64,000 bases of DNA from Octopus vulgaris (taxonomy: Eukaryota). The first letter of the stretch is position 1; each line of letters starts with the position of its first letter. The notes under the pieces are model-generated. The model worked only from the letters and a program-made list of their open reading frames with translations, ran no database searches and was not told the origin of the DNA. Positions 11,931 to 27,335 of this stretch are shown here, piece by piece. The position numbers and the translations under genes are program-made. The stretch spans positions 7,564,001-7,628,000 of the forward strand of contig OX597815.1 of assembly GCA_951406725.2 (NCBI GenBank). The letters run 5' to 3'.

Positions 11931-12496
11931 ATAGTCAACCAAGCATGCAAGCAATCGTGTCCATGAATTGGTTATTCCTTATCTCTGATATTGTATTCCT
12001 TTGAGTAACAACAAGAAGCTCTAGATATTTTCAAGGAGTACAAGAAAAAACTTTAGAGTATACACAGTAGTAGTAACCTTTAAAGATTACACATAAATCT
12101 CCAAAGAGATGATAAATATACATACACACACACACATATATATATATATAGCCGTACAGCCTTTATTTTGTATATTGTAAATTTTATTTTGGTTCAATAT
12201 TCACATTTTTGTGTCGTATTTGTTTTCATCACTGTCCCCCCAACGTTGGCTCACTCTTCTCAGCAGTTTTACGCAATCAAAAATGAACGATATTATCATT
12301 AAAAAGGCATGAAACTGTAATGACTTTTTGGGACGATAACTGACGAGGAAAGCGCATGTTCATACTGTGTGAATTTTCCGTTTGTTCCTTTGTGGTACTT
12401 CTGTTTAATTTTCGAAGCTTATATATATATATATATATACACACACACATAGCTAGATAGATATACATATATAGAGAGATAGATATATACATACAT

Positions 12497-12575
<79 letters not shown>

Positions 12576-12654
12576 GCATACAGAATCCAGCAATGTGTAT
12601 ATAGACTTACTTTTCATTCCCCTCTGCACAGATTCACAAACTCTACGGGGAAAA

Positions 12655-12950
12655 GACAAAAATGGCAAGATGAGTTTAAAGGCAAGATGGAAGGCGGGGG
12701 TCAAGAAAGGAATCTCAGGGCAAGACAGGAGGCGAGAGTAGGAGAGGGGTGGGGCAAAATAGGATGCGAGGGCAAGAAAGGAGGCGGGGCAACAGGAGTT
12801 GGAGCAAGAGAAGAGGCTGGGGAAGTCATGGGTGATGGTGGGGGTTAAGTCGAAGATGACGACGGGCAAGACAAAAGGCGGATCAAGTCATGGGCAAGAT
12901 GGAAGGCGAAGAAAGTCGCGGGCAAAGTTTTAACAGGATGAGGGCAATAG
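12655..12950. repeat. Decayed purine-rich minisatellite built on GGGCAAGA
   Basis: GGCAAGA/GGGCAA recurs more than 10 times at irregular short spacing. Confidence 0.6.
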
Positions 12951-14177
12951 TGGACTTCGGAAGCAGGTAGGTTCTCCGGGTACAAAACAGATTTTGTTGT
13001 TCGATTGCTGATTCTAGTTGTTTGGCCCTATGTTCTAGCAGTTTAATCAGCCACTACGTTGAGTGTCTCCTTTATATGCATGCGTATCTAAACAAACACA
13101 TATACTAAACTTAATTGGCACTCCGTTGCTGACGACGAGGAAGGATTCCGGTTGATCTGATCAATGGATACAACCTGCCCGTGAAATTAACATGCAAGTG
13201 GCTGTGAACTCCACAGACACGTCTACTTTTAACGTAGTTCTCAAAGAGATTCAGCCTGATACAGAATGTGACAGAGCTAGTCAATTGAAATACAGCAGCA
13301 ACGTGAAATAAAGTCTCTTGCTGAAGGTCACAACGCGCCGCCGGGAATCGAACTCACAACGTTACGATTGTGAGCCGAATATGCTAACCACTAAGCCATG
13401 CACCTTCACTCATACATATATTTACAAACATATACACACGTATACACACAACACGCTGTGTGTATGTATACATATTTTGTTGTTGTAGATGTGATATTTT
13501 CTATCGCTCTTGGCTCTCACGCAACTCTCAGACAACTAAAGACTTTAGCAGGAAAGCGAGAATAAGAAAGCGAAAATAGAAGAAACACGGATCAAATAAC
13601 AACAACAATAACGATACTAATTTTTCTACCCTAGGCATAAAGGCCCGAAATTTGGTAGTGGGTGGGGGGAGCTAATCTATTACATCGACCCCAGGACTCA
13701 GCTGGTATTATTTTATTGATCCTGAAAGGATGAAAGGTGAAGCTAAAGGTGGTATTTCAACTCGAAATATAAACCCAGAATGTAAAGAAAGACGAAAAAC
13801 CACTAAGCATTTCGCCTGGCGTGCTAACGTTTCTTATTTCTTCATTGCCCACAAGGGTCTACACACAGAGGGGACAAACAAGGACAGACAAAGGGATTAA
13901 GTCGATTACATCGACCCCAGTGCGTAACTGGTACTTATTTAATCGACCCCGAAAGGATGAAAGGCAAAGTAGAACCTCGGCGGAATTTGAACTCAGAACG
14001 TAGCGGCAGACGAAATACCGCTAAGCATTTCGCCCGGCGTGCTAACGATTCTGCCAGCTCGCCGCTTTATTCGATTATATATGGGGACCCAAGTCTGAAC
14101 TGGTATTCTATAGACTCTGGAACGATGAACGGCAAAAGTTGATTTCCATGAGCTTTGAACATAGAGCATAAGGGAGC

Positions 14178-14210
<33 letters not shown>

Positions 14211-14257
14211 AAGTAGAAGTAGTAGTAGTAGTAGTAGTAGAAGTAGTAGTAGTAGTA

Positions 14258-14301
<44 letters not shown>

Positions 14302-14729
14302 GGTGGTGGTGGTGGTGGTGGTCCTGGTGTGATGAGATATAATGGCAAAACCACGAAACCAGACAGGAAGAATGGAGCATGGTGGTGACATCGGAGCTCT
14401 CAAGAATGGTAAGTAAAAAAACCCAAAAAAAAACCGAGCTCTGTAGAATTCGAACTCAGAAACGAACTGAGATTTATTTACCAACCACTAAGCGTTTTCA
14501 GTCAGATGCTGTGCCTCTTCTGCTCAAATATTAAATAAACATATAATAATAGAGGATAAGTCTGGTCTATTATTACAATGATGATAATGATGATGATGAT
14601 GATGTTATGTGGAGCGAAGAAGGAAAGACGAGACGAGAGTTTATAGGGCGAATTTATGTGCGTACGTGTGTCTATGTATGTATACACACCATACAATTGC
14701 ATATCTATACGTGTGTGTGTGTATGTGTG

Positions 14730-15036
14730 TGTGAGAGAGTGAGAGAATGAGAGTGAGAAAAAGAGAGAAAGAGAGAGAGAGAGAAAGAAAGAAAGAGAAA
14801 GAGAGAAACAGAGAAAGAGAGAGAAAGAGAGAAAAAGAGAAAGGGAGAAAGAGAAAGAGAGAAAGATGGAAAGAAAGAAAGAAAGAGAGAGAGAGTGAGA
14901 GAGAGAGAGAGAAAGAAAGAGAGAAAGAGAAAGAAGGAGAGAGAAAGAGAGAAAAAGAGAGAAAGAGAGAGAGAGAAAGAGGGAGAGAGAGAGAGAAAGA
15001 AAGAGAGAGAGAGAAAGAAAGAAAGAGAGAGAGAAA

Positions 15037-15070
<34 letters not shown>

Positions 15071-15135
15071 AGAGAGAGAGAAAGAAAGAAAGAGAGAGAG
15101 AAAGAAGTAGAAACGGTTAGTAAGAGAAAGAGAGG
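14730..15135. repeat. ~400-bp polypurine (GA/GAAA)n tract
   Basis: Directly visible in the sequence. Confidence 0.95.
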
Positions 15136-15481
15136 CAGAGGGGGATTCGGATGAGGCAGAGGAGGGAGTAAGGTCTGGTGGGGGGTTTTCGAGCAGGCAA
15201 AGGCAGGCAAAACGCTGTTTCCAATTAAGACAAGCAATGACTTTTACAACAAAAACAACGGCAGACTATTCGATGTTGTAAATTTTACCGCCAGAAACAT
15301 CAAAAGGCGGTGAAGGCTAAAGGAATCGTTTGAAGTCTATACTACACAGAGAGAAGAGAGAGAGAGCCGAGGGAGTGGGGGTGGGGGAGGTGTGTAAGAA
15401 TGGTAGTGGTGGTGGTTAGGTTGGTGGGTGTATACAGCCACAACGGTAACCTAATATCGTGTACGAAATTATAGGCATATA

Positions 15482-15559
<78 letters not shown>

Positions 15560-15777
15560 GTGTATATATAGAAAGAGGGGGGGTGTATACGCATACACAA
15601 AGTGTTAAGTAACAACATATAAATATGTACGAACCACTTACATGCATTTATATAACGTAGCCATAAATACGCATACACACACTCACATAAACACACACAC
15701 TCATACATACATACACACACGCATACTCAGTAATGTTGCTTGAAGCGGTTATGAATGTTATGTTATTTACTACAGTG

Positions 15778-15809
<32 letters not shown>

Positions 15810-15838
15810 TATGTGTGCAAGTTAACAAATATGCACGC

Positions 15839-15882
<44 letters not shown>

Positions 15883-16412
15883 TACACAAAGCTATCATAA
15901 ATAATAGTAAATAGCTGAAATGAACACAGCCATGTCAGACTGTCTTTTGTAAATAAAACAACAGTAAAAGAGAGAGACAATAGCAACAATTACATTGCCT
16001 CACACACACACATATACACACATATATATACAAAGGGCTGTAATATCGTGTCTAGCATCTTGTTAGAACAGACACACGAGTGAGGGAGGAGAGAGAGAGA
16101 AAGATGTGGTAATATGATCAAAGATCTAATTACTATCGGAGTTTGATCTTTCTTCCTTCTCTTCAACATTAAGGTTATCATAACCCCACTACCATCACCA
16201 CCACCACCACCAACAACAAAAACAACAGTATCTGTGCCACCATCGTCCCCACTACCGCTTGGATGGAACGTGTAAAGCGGTCTGTAGACCTGCTTTGTGG
16301 TAGCAAAGCAGAATTTCTACCCTACCGTCTTTAGTCTGAACACAGATAAATGTATTCGAAGATTGCCTACGTCCACCGGTGATAGCTTAGGTGACGCTTC
16401 AACAGGGAAATG

Positions 16413-16966
16413 CCATCTTCATCGACCGTGGTCGAGACAATGGAATTTACCATGCTACGCCAGACTTCACGGTCCATCATAGCATTACGGAGGTCCCGTT
16501 GCTGGATGCCTGTATCCCCGGAGATTACATCAGGGTAGGAGAGCGTGCGCCCTCTGGTAGTGCGAGCAGATGGCTTCCAGAGGAGAAGACTAGAAATTAC
16601 TTCGTTTCCAGCTCTACAACAATGTCCAGCAAACTGGACTCTCCTGCCTTTCACAAGAGATGATACAGGTGGTAGTTTCCCATATATTTGCATTTTGGTT
16701 GGATGGCGCTTCCATGAGAGATTTTGAGCTCTCATAAGGAGGCGAGTGTAGATTCCATCAAACCGCATCTCAAGCTTCTTTGATAACGTCCGGGTTTCTG
16801 AGCCATATAGTAGAATTGGTTCGATAGTAGCTTTGAAGATTTTAAGTTTGAAATCTCTACTTTGATGACCAGATCTTATGCATGTCATTACAGGCTGACC
16901 AGGCCATACCCTTTCTAGTTAGAAAATCTTTTTCAGATGATGATATATGTATGACCCAAGATATTT
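16413..16966 (-). mobile_element. 5'-truncated RTE LINE with a perfect 10-bp target-site duplication
   Basis: Closely similar to about 53985-54535 (KYLGSY...FKATIEPILLYGSET...). TSD CAGGGAAATG at 16403-16412 and 16967-16976. Confidence 0.92.
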
Positions 16967-19061
16967 CAGGGAAATGTATTCGCGCAGAGTAGAGAAGAGA
17001 ATCGTGACTGTTCTCTGAGTGCACTCCACCAGCGCAGGAACTACGGAAGCAGTGACATTCTTCCTTGTTGCAGATATATGTGATATTCCCCCCACAAGCG
17101 CCGGACCGAAAGGTTCGCTATTTTTGTTTGGGGTAACAAGAAGCTCACATCAGCTGGGTTTTAAAGTCACATAACACGCTCGAGATCCTGCAAACTTCTC
17201 CGTTCCAAATCAACTGGAGCTAACAACAAGTAGTGGTCAGAAACGGCTGGAGATTGGGCAGTTGGACGAAAAATCATCTATGGGGTTTCACTCTGAAATT
17301 TTTGAGTTGTTTCTTTCAATCTTCTGCTACCCCGCCCAAGAACACACAATACCATGAAAATCTTAGTGACCCCAAAGCCGAATAAATGATGGGATGGTAA
17401 AGGTCTCAGATTCACCAATGACTTACAAATGGTAGATAGAATCTTTCCAGGAGCAATCTCGTATCATCATCATTATTTAATGTCCGTTTTCCACGCTAGC
17501 ATGGGTTGGACGGTTCGACCGGGGTCTGGAAGCCATGGAGGCTGCACCAGGTTCTAGTCTGATCTGGTAGAGTTTCTACAGCTGGATGCCCTTCCTAACG
17601 TCAACCACTCCGTGAGTGTAGTGGGTGTTTTTACGCGCCACCGGCACAGGGGCGGCTGGCAAATGGCCACGATCGGTTGGTGCTTTTACGTGTCACCGAC
17701 ACGGACGCCAGTCAGGCGGCGCTGGCACCTGCCACGTTCGGACGGTGCTTTTTACGTGTCACCGGCACATGGGCATGTATTTTTGTAAACATATTGTTCT
17801 TAAATTTCCCTAATTCTTTATTCTTCAGCATCATACCATCTCCATATGCATATTACCCGATTTGGGTTCTGGTGAGGACCGACAAGGGCATCCGACCCTA
17901 GAAAATTTTGCTTCAAATTCCGTCTGTCCCAGGCAAGCATAGAAAAATTGACGTTAAACCGCTAATGATGATGACACAATCGGCTTCAGTGTTAGTCTCT
18001 AAGATGTAAGACTTTTACACGCTTTACAAGTTTTATACAAAAGCACCATTTTCAAAGCTGTGTACACGTTATGTAACTGATGTTTGCATCACAATGTGTA
18101 CCAATTTGAGTCTCGAGACGCAGTTATGTAACTGTCTATGTATGTAAAGACACACATACAAATATAAACATTTCATCACCGTTACCCCACCACCACCAGA
18201 CTAAAAGAATGTGGTGTGAAGAATGACATTGTTCCCCAGGGAAGGTCACTTCAGTGCAACTTTTAATTTACACAACAAAACGAATTTTTTTACACATATT
18301 ATAAATCACATACCCTCATACACAAATACATATTCACATACGCATACACAATGCGTCACCAATGCTTACCTCCAGAATATATAGTAAACAAAGAAAAACA
18401 GCAGAGAAAATAAATGTCCGACAATGCCACACAACACCCAACTAGGTAAACATCTGATTGTCCGACCGTATGAAGTGGGACAGTAGCCATGTCCCTTATG
18501 GGGAGTCCCTGAAACTTGCGGAAGGAAATTATCTTCAAACAGGAGACCTAACCTCGTTCTTCTAGCCTTAGTTGTTGTAACAGAGCGGTGGAATCGGTTA
18601 AAGGCACTCAAAAGCCAATGGTGATTGATCGAGAAATGGCAGGCTTTTATTCGGCGAGGTTCGCAGTGAGTCAAAGTTATGATAGAAAAGATTCATACCG
18701 TTTCTGATAAACAACTGGGCTAAAAACATACGTAGGACGGCCTAATGTTTATTTTCAGCTGCTGCTTATTGTGTCGCTATTTCAGAAATGTGTGTAAGAC
18801 ACAAATAAATAACTGTGCTAAAGTATTTCTAAACAACCTTTGAAGATCTGTGAGATCCATAAATGGTGTTCAGTTTGTTTATTGTAGAGGAAGTGATGAC
18901 CTTTACTGTTGCAATATTATAAATATGGGTTTTGTGTGGAAGCTAACATTGAAATCTTACTTAAACACAACTATAAATACACAAAGACCATGGTTTTCAG
19001 ATTTCATTTCCAGAGATCAATTTGAAATTGTTTGTACATGACAGGTTAACTCTAAACTTAA

Positions 19062-19362
19062 TCTTTATATATAAAAGTCAAGTTGTGTGTCTGTCTCCTC
19101 CGATTTAGATTCCTAACTACTCCCACATTTTGCGGTGCAGTTTAACGAACACCGGGTATCTTATAGTCGTGATTCATATCGAGCCCTTCTGAGTATTAGC
19201 GCGCGTCTACGATGAGTCTACGATTAAAAAAAAAAATTTATCATAATTTTTCCGCATTTTTAATGCATTTTCGCTCGGTTTATATAAGGGAAGTAACTCT
19301 ATATAAATGCTTATATAGTTATTTCCCTTACAAATCCGAGCAACGCCGGGCGATACTGCTAG
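19062..19362 (+). mobile_element. Non-autonomous Helitron
   Basis: Starts TCTTTATATATAAAAG, has a subterminal hairpin CCGAGCAACGCCGG, ends CTAG, and is inserted between A19061 and T19363 with no TSD. Confidence 0.85.
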
Positions 19363-19890
19363 TGAGCTTATAAAACCAGACTTAAGATTGATGTGTCGGT
19401 TGCGCCATCTGGTAAAATACTACAACTAATATAATTTAGATAGCAATTAACATACCCCACAGAGAACTTATCTTTCAGATGAAAGTTTGGCGAGGACAAA
19501 GGATGAAGAATAAAGGACAACAGATGCAGCATCTCCTCCCACTCGAACGGCACCATAAATGGGACATAAAAACCATTGAAGCTTCGAGATTCTGAGGAAG
19601 GAAGGAAGATGGTGCAGGTAGCTCGTTCAGAGAGCAGAGGCTGCTGTAGAACTAGAGAGAAAAGGAAACAGTACACGGTACCATAGGACTGTTTATGAAG
19701 CGAGTCTAACCCGGGGCCCACACCACAGTAATACACACGCAATCAACACTGCCTCTACACCCAGACATACATACATTAATTAGTATGCATAAACACTGCA
19801 TACACATACACACACACACACACATACCAAACAACCTACCCATTCGCTTTTCACACGCAACAACAGCCTATACATAGCATATGTATACCA

Positions 19891-20070
<180 letters not shown>

Positions 20071-20890
20071 GAGAGAGAGAAAGCGTATGTTTTTGTGTGT
20101 GTATATATATATATATGAGAGAGAAAGAGTATGTATATGTTTGTGTGCGTATGTGTATATAAATCAATAAACACACACCAAAACAGAAACGCATACATAT
20201 TGTAGACACACACACACACACACACAAACACTAATACACATATATTTACAGTTTTCCCTCTTCAAAGTGTTATGTGTATTGATTTCAACAAACATAACAC
20301 TTTGAAGAGAAAACCTTTTGAAACGCTGAATGAGACGTTGTTGTGTATCGATAACAGCGCCACCAAGTGGCCTGACCAATAATACTCTTGCCAAATAATG
20401 GTGTCTATTTGTGAGTAGTTGGCTGGATAATGTGTGTGTATATGCGTGTGTGCAAACATTCAAAGTAAAGTCATGTTATATAGATTACGCTTTAGGTATA
20501 AATCGATATATGTGTGCGTTTGTGGTTGTTGTTGTGTGTGTGTGGATGCGTACGCGATTAATTTTTATACGTAGTTATACGGTCAGTTTTCATTGCTTTG
20601 GTTACCAGCTCCGTGAGTGTACCTAAAACACACACACACACAATGTAGTAAAATTAAAATATAAACACGGATATCTTGTTAAGGGGGTGCTCAGAAGTTA
20701 GGAGATGTAAGTGTACTAAGTCTTCTTTCTCTCTTGTCAAACTCAGAGGCCCTGCTGCCTTGAAAAGGATATGGGCATTGCCCTTCCATTTGAGTAACTG
20801 ATAAAATATTTTTAAAAGTCACAATGTTCTTTCAAAGAGTGAGCAGAAAATACGAGATGCAAGTCTACAGGATGGCTTCGAGTCAGTAGT

Positions 20891-21039
20891 GATTACGAGA
20901 TGTAAGTGTAAGGGATGGTAAGAGTTGAGCAGAGATTACGAGATGTAAGTGTAAAGGATGGTAAGAGTTGAGCAGAGATTACGAGATGTAAGTGTAAAGG
21001 ATGGTAAGAGTTGAGCAGAGATTACGAGATGTAAGTGTA
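20891..21039. repeat. 43-bp minisatellite, ~3.5 conserved units with decayed flanking units
   Basis: GATTACGAGATGTAAGTGTAARGGATGGTAAGAGTTGAGCAGA starts at 20891, 20934, 20977 and 21020. Confidence 0.9.
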
Positions 21040-23689
21040 CAAAAGAACTGTATGGAGTCAGTCAGCAGAGGATACAAGGAGTTAGTATCCAAAAGATATG
21101 TGGGGTGAGCAGATTACGGGATGTGAATATTGTTAGGGTGATGTGGGTCGAGTAGGTATTCTATTTTTAAAGTAGTAGAGCAATTAGTTTCATTACCAAA
21201 ACAAACAAAAAAAAGTTTTGTAAAAATGTTCTTTGTGCTGAATGTTTCTTTCCTGAAACTTTACAAAATTGATGATCAAACTGACCATCATTGTGTTCCC
21301 CAGGTTAGCTCTGACGAAACAAACCTATGATCAAAAAGGCATTCCAGTCACGACCAATCTGTCTTTTCCACCTGTTGGTTTCTCCCAAAATCTGATGATC
21401 CTGTGAGTTGCAAATGATTTCCGGAAACTGACTTAGAAAGACGAAGGCAATTTCTGTAATTGGGAAATCAATTAATCAAAATCTATTACAAAGACTGACA
21501 AATGAAAGGTTTTATTCTTTTGCTCAGATGAAAACATGTTTCAGGAATATCAAACCCAAAGATTTGAGACTAAAAGTCTATAAAACAAACCATTCTGGTC
21601 ATCTTTCACAAATGATGTTATATTTCAACGATATCCCTTCATGGTGGTGAAAGGGTTTAGGGTCTTCAGCGCAGCAGACACTGCTTTTGTGGTATTTATT
21701 CTGGACCCCTGTGTTCTGAATTCAAATCTACACCTTTTATTCTTACAAGGTGGAAGTACCTGTCAAGTGTTGTGAAGAGACCTTAGAACATGAATAGATG
21801 CCTTGTGACATTTGGTCTGGTTCTTTAAATCTTGCCAGGGTCTAATTGGATGATAGACTCCAGTGTACAGTTTAACACCTTCTGGTCCTTGGCCTACAAT
21901 GGAAGAGTTTATTCTATGGCAATCACTTAGGACAGATCTCTGACTTGATGGTATTGTTTTCTTTCTTTCTTGTCAAACTCAGAGGCCCTGCCTTGAAAAG
22001 GATGTGGGCATTGCCCTTCCATTTGAGTAACTGATAAAATATTTTTAAAAGTCACAATGTTCTTTCAAACAATCATTAACTTACTGCTTTAGAGACTATG
22101 ACAAACTTCACCGTTGAATGTGAAATTTGTCAAAGTAGATACATCACCATACGCCATTTTACATCTGTTTCTCATGCTGGCATTTGTTGGATGGGTCACA
22201 ACAGTAATTTCTTACTGGAAACCATTGGTTTCAGAGACTAGTGCTCATATTTGCCATTTGGTTTGGTTCCTGTGGTAGTTGGATGCCTTTTCTGTTACTA
22301 AACAGTTTACAGAGTGTTTTGGGTGCATTTTCTTGTGGCCCCAACACTAGAGAGGTGAAGTAGGTATTTGTGAGACAGATACTAAAGGAACCTCACAATC
22401 CCATGCTTTCTCTACTCATTCACTAACCACTTTACAGTGTAAGTGGAATGCACTTTCCATGACATCAGCACAACGAGAGAATGTCTCATATTTACCAATC
22501 ACTCAACTTCTCCAAAAACCATTGGAATGGTTGAATAAGGAGATTGTGTTGAAAGTTCAAGAATTTAATATTCAAATTGAATACCAAAGATTTTTAAAGT
22601 ATCATTTAACTGATTGTAAAATTTTGTTCACAGATGTTCATTTGGTTCCCCATCATCAGTCTCAGGAGACGAGTACGAGATGCAACCTCCTTTTATGTTT
22701 TCACCTGTCATTTGTCAACACCATGTCTTACACCTTCCTCCTTTTGTACCTGTGCCTAATGATGCAGCCTTTGTCAACAGCCACAAATTTTGACCTCAGA
22801 TTTAAACAGGCCAGGTGAAGCAGTTGTGTAGCAAGAGGATGATATTCAAATTGAACTTGTGCAAAAAATACTCAAACATTTACTCCAGTATGGCCTTTAA
22901 AACATCATGCATCTGTCAAGTCTTCCATTATTACAGGTTCAATTAATTTGTGCTGTGTTCTGCTTACATTCATTGACAAGATGAAAGCCAAGAATTTTCA
23001 CTAAGGTAGCATACAACACAACAGGACATAATCTATAAGATGTTGCACACTTCTGATAATGGACACTCAGCTGATTGTCTACTTAAAGACTGTCTATAAA
23101 AAAATTCCCAACTCAATAACAAAAACTGAGTGTTAACACTAAGTCTAAGAAGGGTCAACTCTTTATCAAGAACCAACTGTTTTATTAACACTGTCTGTCT
23201 ATTAAAAACTAGCTGTATATTAATACAGACTATCAGAACTGGGTTTTTTTTTTGGTTATCAAAAACTGATTATTTATTATTAACGAAATCTCTCGAGACC
23301 CGTCAACTACCACTGAATATCAGGTGTTGACTGTCCATTAATATTCACTGTCTACTAACGATCAGTTTTAGAGGCTGCATCTAGTCGTACTCCTAAATAA
23401 AACCAACTCATCTAACAACCATACCTTGCTTAAGAAAGAAAGACCAACAAGATCTGCTTAAAAGGCATCTTCATGCATTCTGGATTGTATATTGTATGGA
23501 TTCATCATCATCATCATCATCATCATCGTTTAACGTCCGTTCTCCATGCTAGCATGGGTTGGATGGTTTGACTGGGATCTGGGAAGCCAGAAGGCTGCAC
23601 CAGGCTCCAGTTTTATCTGGCAATGTTTCTACAGCTGGATGCCCTTCCTAACGCCAACCACTCCAAGGGTGCTTTTTACGTGCCATATA

Positions 23690-24190
23690 TACGATTATAT
23701 ATAAGAATGGAGTGTGTAGTGTATGGATAATATGTATGGACTGCTTAGGAGTATGGGCTGTATATAAGAACAGACTGTATGTATGTCAGTATGCACCGTG
23801 CACAAGTAAGGATTATAAATAAGTATGATCTCTATATATGTAGGGAGTATATATTTTATGGATTATGTTTTGACTGTATATTAATATAAACTATATACTG
23901 TAAGGATTAAATAGTAGTATGAACCTTGTACTGTATGGTGTGTATATCATATAAATGATATAAGTATGAACTGTATATATAAGTATATTATGGTCTGGAT
24001 TCAAAATGAGTATAGACTATATACGAGTATGAACTGCATAGAAGTAGAGACTGTATAAAAGTATAGTTTATATAAATGTGGATTGTATATTGTATAAATT
24101 ATACAAGTATGAACTGTAAGTATGTATAATACAAGGAATCTGTATTATGTAGATTAAATTTAGGTATGGGCTGTATATAAGCATGGATGA
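23690..24190. repeat. Decayed AT-rich minisatellite (AAGTATGRACTGTATAT-like), resuming at ~25030-25170 after SINE insertions
   Basis: Recurrent AGTATGAACTG/AGTATGGGCTG/AGTATAGACT motifs. Confidence 0.6.
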
Positions 24191-27100
24191 GTCTGAACTT
24201 TTTAAAATATATCATCATTATACATGTGTTTTCCATGCTGGTAAGCTGGAGTGCTGCCCCAGGCTCCAGTCATCTGTTTTGGCTTGGTTCCTATGGCTGG
24301 ATGCTCTTCCTAATGTCAACCACTCTGCAGAGTGTACTGGGTGTCTTTTACAAGTTACCAGTACCGGCCACGACCATGAGTTCACTTAGCTTGACGTGTC
24401 TTCTCAAGCACAGCCAATCACCAGAAGTCTTGGTCACTTGTCCTCACCTTTGTGAGACTCAAACAACTGAAGATCATATTTTACTGCCCTATGGTCCTAT
24501 GTCTTCAGAAACTACATATAGAGTGGCTGTGTGGTAAGTAGCTTGCTAACCAACCACATGGTTCCGGGTTCAGTCCCACTGCGTGGCACCTTGGGCAAGT
24601 GTCTTCTACTATAGCCCCGGGCCGACCAATGCCTCGTGAGTGGATTTGGTAGACGGAAACTGAAAGAAGCCCGTCGTATATATGTATATATATATATATA
24701 TGTGTATGTATGTGTGTGTGTGTTTGTCCCCCTAGCATTGCTTGACAACCGATGCTGGTGTGTTTACGTACCCGTCACTTAGTGGTTCGGCAAAAGAGAC
24801 TGATAGAATAAGTACTAGGCTTACAAAGAATAAGTCCCGGGGTCGATTTGCTCGACTAAAGGCGGTGCTCCAGCATGGCCGCAGTAAAATGACTGAAACA
24901 AGTAAAAGAGTAATATATCATCATCATCGATTAATGTCCGCTTTCCATGCCGGCATGGGTTGGATGGTTTGACTGGGGTCTGGGAAGCCAGGAGGCTGCC
25001 CTTCCTAATGCCAACCACTCCAAGAGTATATAATATATGTGTGAATCATACACAAGAATCTACTGTGTGGAAGGTATAAAGTATGAACTGTGTGTATAAG
25101 TGAAGACTATGTCATAGATGTTCATTGAACATTCATTGTGCAGAGTATAGAATATAAAGTGGTGAATATATGCCTCTGGCAGGGTGGCAAGCTGGCAGAA
25201 TTATTGGCACACCAGGTAAAATACTTGGCGGCATATCATCTGTCCTTACCTTCTGAGCTCAGATTCTGCTGAGGTTGACTTTGCCTTTCATCCTTTTCAG
25301 GATTGATAAAATAACTACCAGTCAAATCACTGGGGTCAATGTAACCAACCTGGCCCCTTCCCTGAACTTGCTGGCCTTGTGCCAAAATTTGACCCCATTA
25401 TATGCTTTTGTTAAAGCTTGTTATATATGTGTGGGGTAAAAAAACTATATAACAATATCTATGCATATCAGGGTTTCATACAGCTATACGAGTAATCCTC
25501 AGTGGATGCTAAATAGCAGTATCTCACAGCATGTATGTGAAACCCATCTGTTTAGAATTGACCCTGGTTAATTTCAGATTTAACATCAATCTGTCCCTTG
25601 AATTCCTTGTCTATTTAAGAATCCTTGTGCCTCTTACCTCTACACCAACATCCACTGCTAGATAAGTGTATGTTTGTATGTATGAATGTGTGTGTGTGTG
25701 TGTGTATTGGACACTTCCCAACCATATTTATTTGCATGTCATGTGGACATAGACCTACCCTGCCCCTCTCTTTCCTGTCTCTTTAACTAATCCTTTCTTA
25801 TCTCTTCCCCCCCTTGTCATTGATCTTAAGCCCCCCCCCCCCGCTTCGTGTTCTATGTGTCTGTCTTTACAGCAACAAATCCACTCCTATCCATCAAGCC
25901 ATTTACTTTACTTATCTATCAATCAACCTGCCTGACTACCTCTCTATTCATCTCTATTTCTATCTATCTCTATGCACACACACACACTTGTCCTATCTCT
26001 TCTCCTCTCTCATATATATATATATACACACATATATATATATACACATATATATATACACACACACATATATATATATATACATATATACACATATATA
26101 TATATACACACACATATATATATACACATATATATATACATACACATATATATACACACACATATATACACACACACATATATACATATATATATATACA
26201 CATATATATATACACACATATATATATTTACACACATATATATCTGTATACACAGATATATATACACACACACACATACATAGTTTGTCTATATATCAAG
26301 TTCTAACTTCTCACTTCCTGTCTTTCTCTTCATTGCCTGTCTGTCTGTCACTATTGGATCTACATCCATAAGAGGGCCACCCTCAAATAAGATAGTGGAG
26401 TTGTTGGGTGGCTAGCTGGCTAGAAATCTGGGTGGGAGGAGAAAGAGAGAGAGAGAGGGAGAGATAGATAGAGAGAGATAAAGATGTCAAGGAGAGGGAG
26501 GGAGGGAGAGTCAGTTTCAGAATGTGATACAATGATTAATGAGGGTATCAGGTTAGCAAGAACAGGGAGATAGAAAAGGGGTTACTTACTTACACACAAA
26601 CACCCACACACAACCTCAACTGTACACAGTCACCTAGACATATAGGAATATATACAAATAAAAATCATACACTTACACACACAACCATACATACATTTCC
26701 TGCACACTACAAACACACACATGAATGGAAAACCAAACGGTGTGTATATATATATGTGTGTATATATATTTAGGCGGCGAGCTGGCAGAATCGTTAGCAC
26801 GCCGGGCGAAATGCTTAGCGGTATTTCGTCTGCGTTACGTTCTGAGTTCAAATTCCGCCGAGGTCGACTTTGCCTTTCATCCTTTCGGGGTTGATAAATT
26901 AAGTACCAGTTACGCACTGGGGTCGATATAATCGACTTAATCCCTTTGTCTGTCCTTTCTCTGTTTAGTAAAGAAATAGGTATGGCTAAAATGGCAATAA
27001 TGTACTGATGGTATGGAGGTTGTATAGATGGTATAGTGGTGGTGGTGGAGTTACAAGTGGCTGTTGTTTAAGCCCACTTGGCCTCCAATTCAACAAATAG

Positions 27101-27285
27101 CCCTATGATCAAAGCCATGCCAGCCATGACGTTCACGCGTCTTATCGTTTTTCAAGTTGATTGAACCTGTGATTACAGGGGTTCTTGAGTGATTTGAGGG
27201 GCATTAGGTTGTTATTTCGTGCCTGCTGATGACCAAGACAGTCAAGACTCTTGTATTGAACCATAACTGCAAGTGGCAGTATGTA

Positions 27286-27335
<50 letters not shown>

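Noticed and set aside
16967-17200. Possible LINE 5' UTR joined to the RTE 3' fragment (bipartite element)
   Set aside because: The perfect TSD CAGGGAAATG shows this is target DNA, not part of the insertion.
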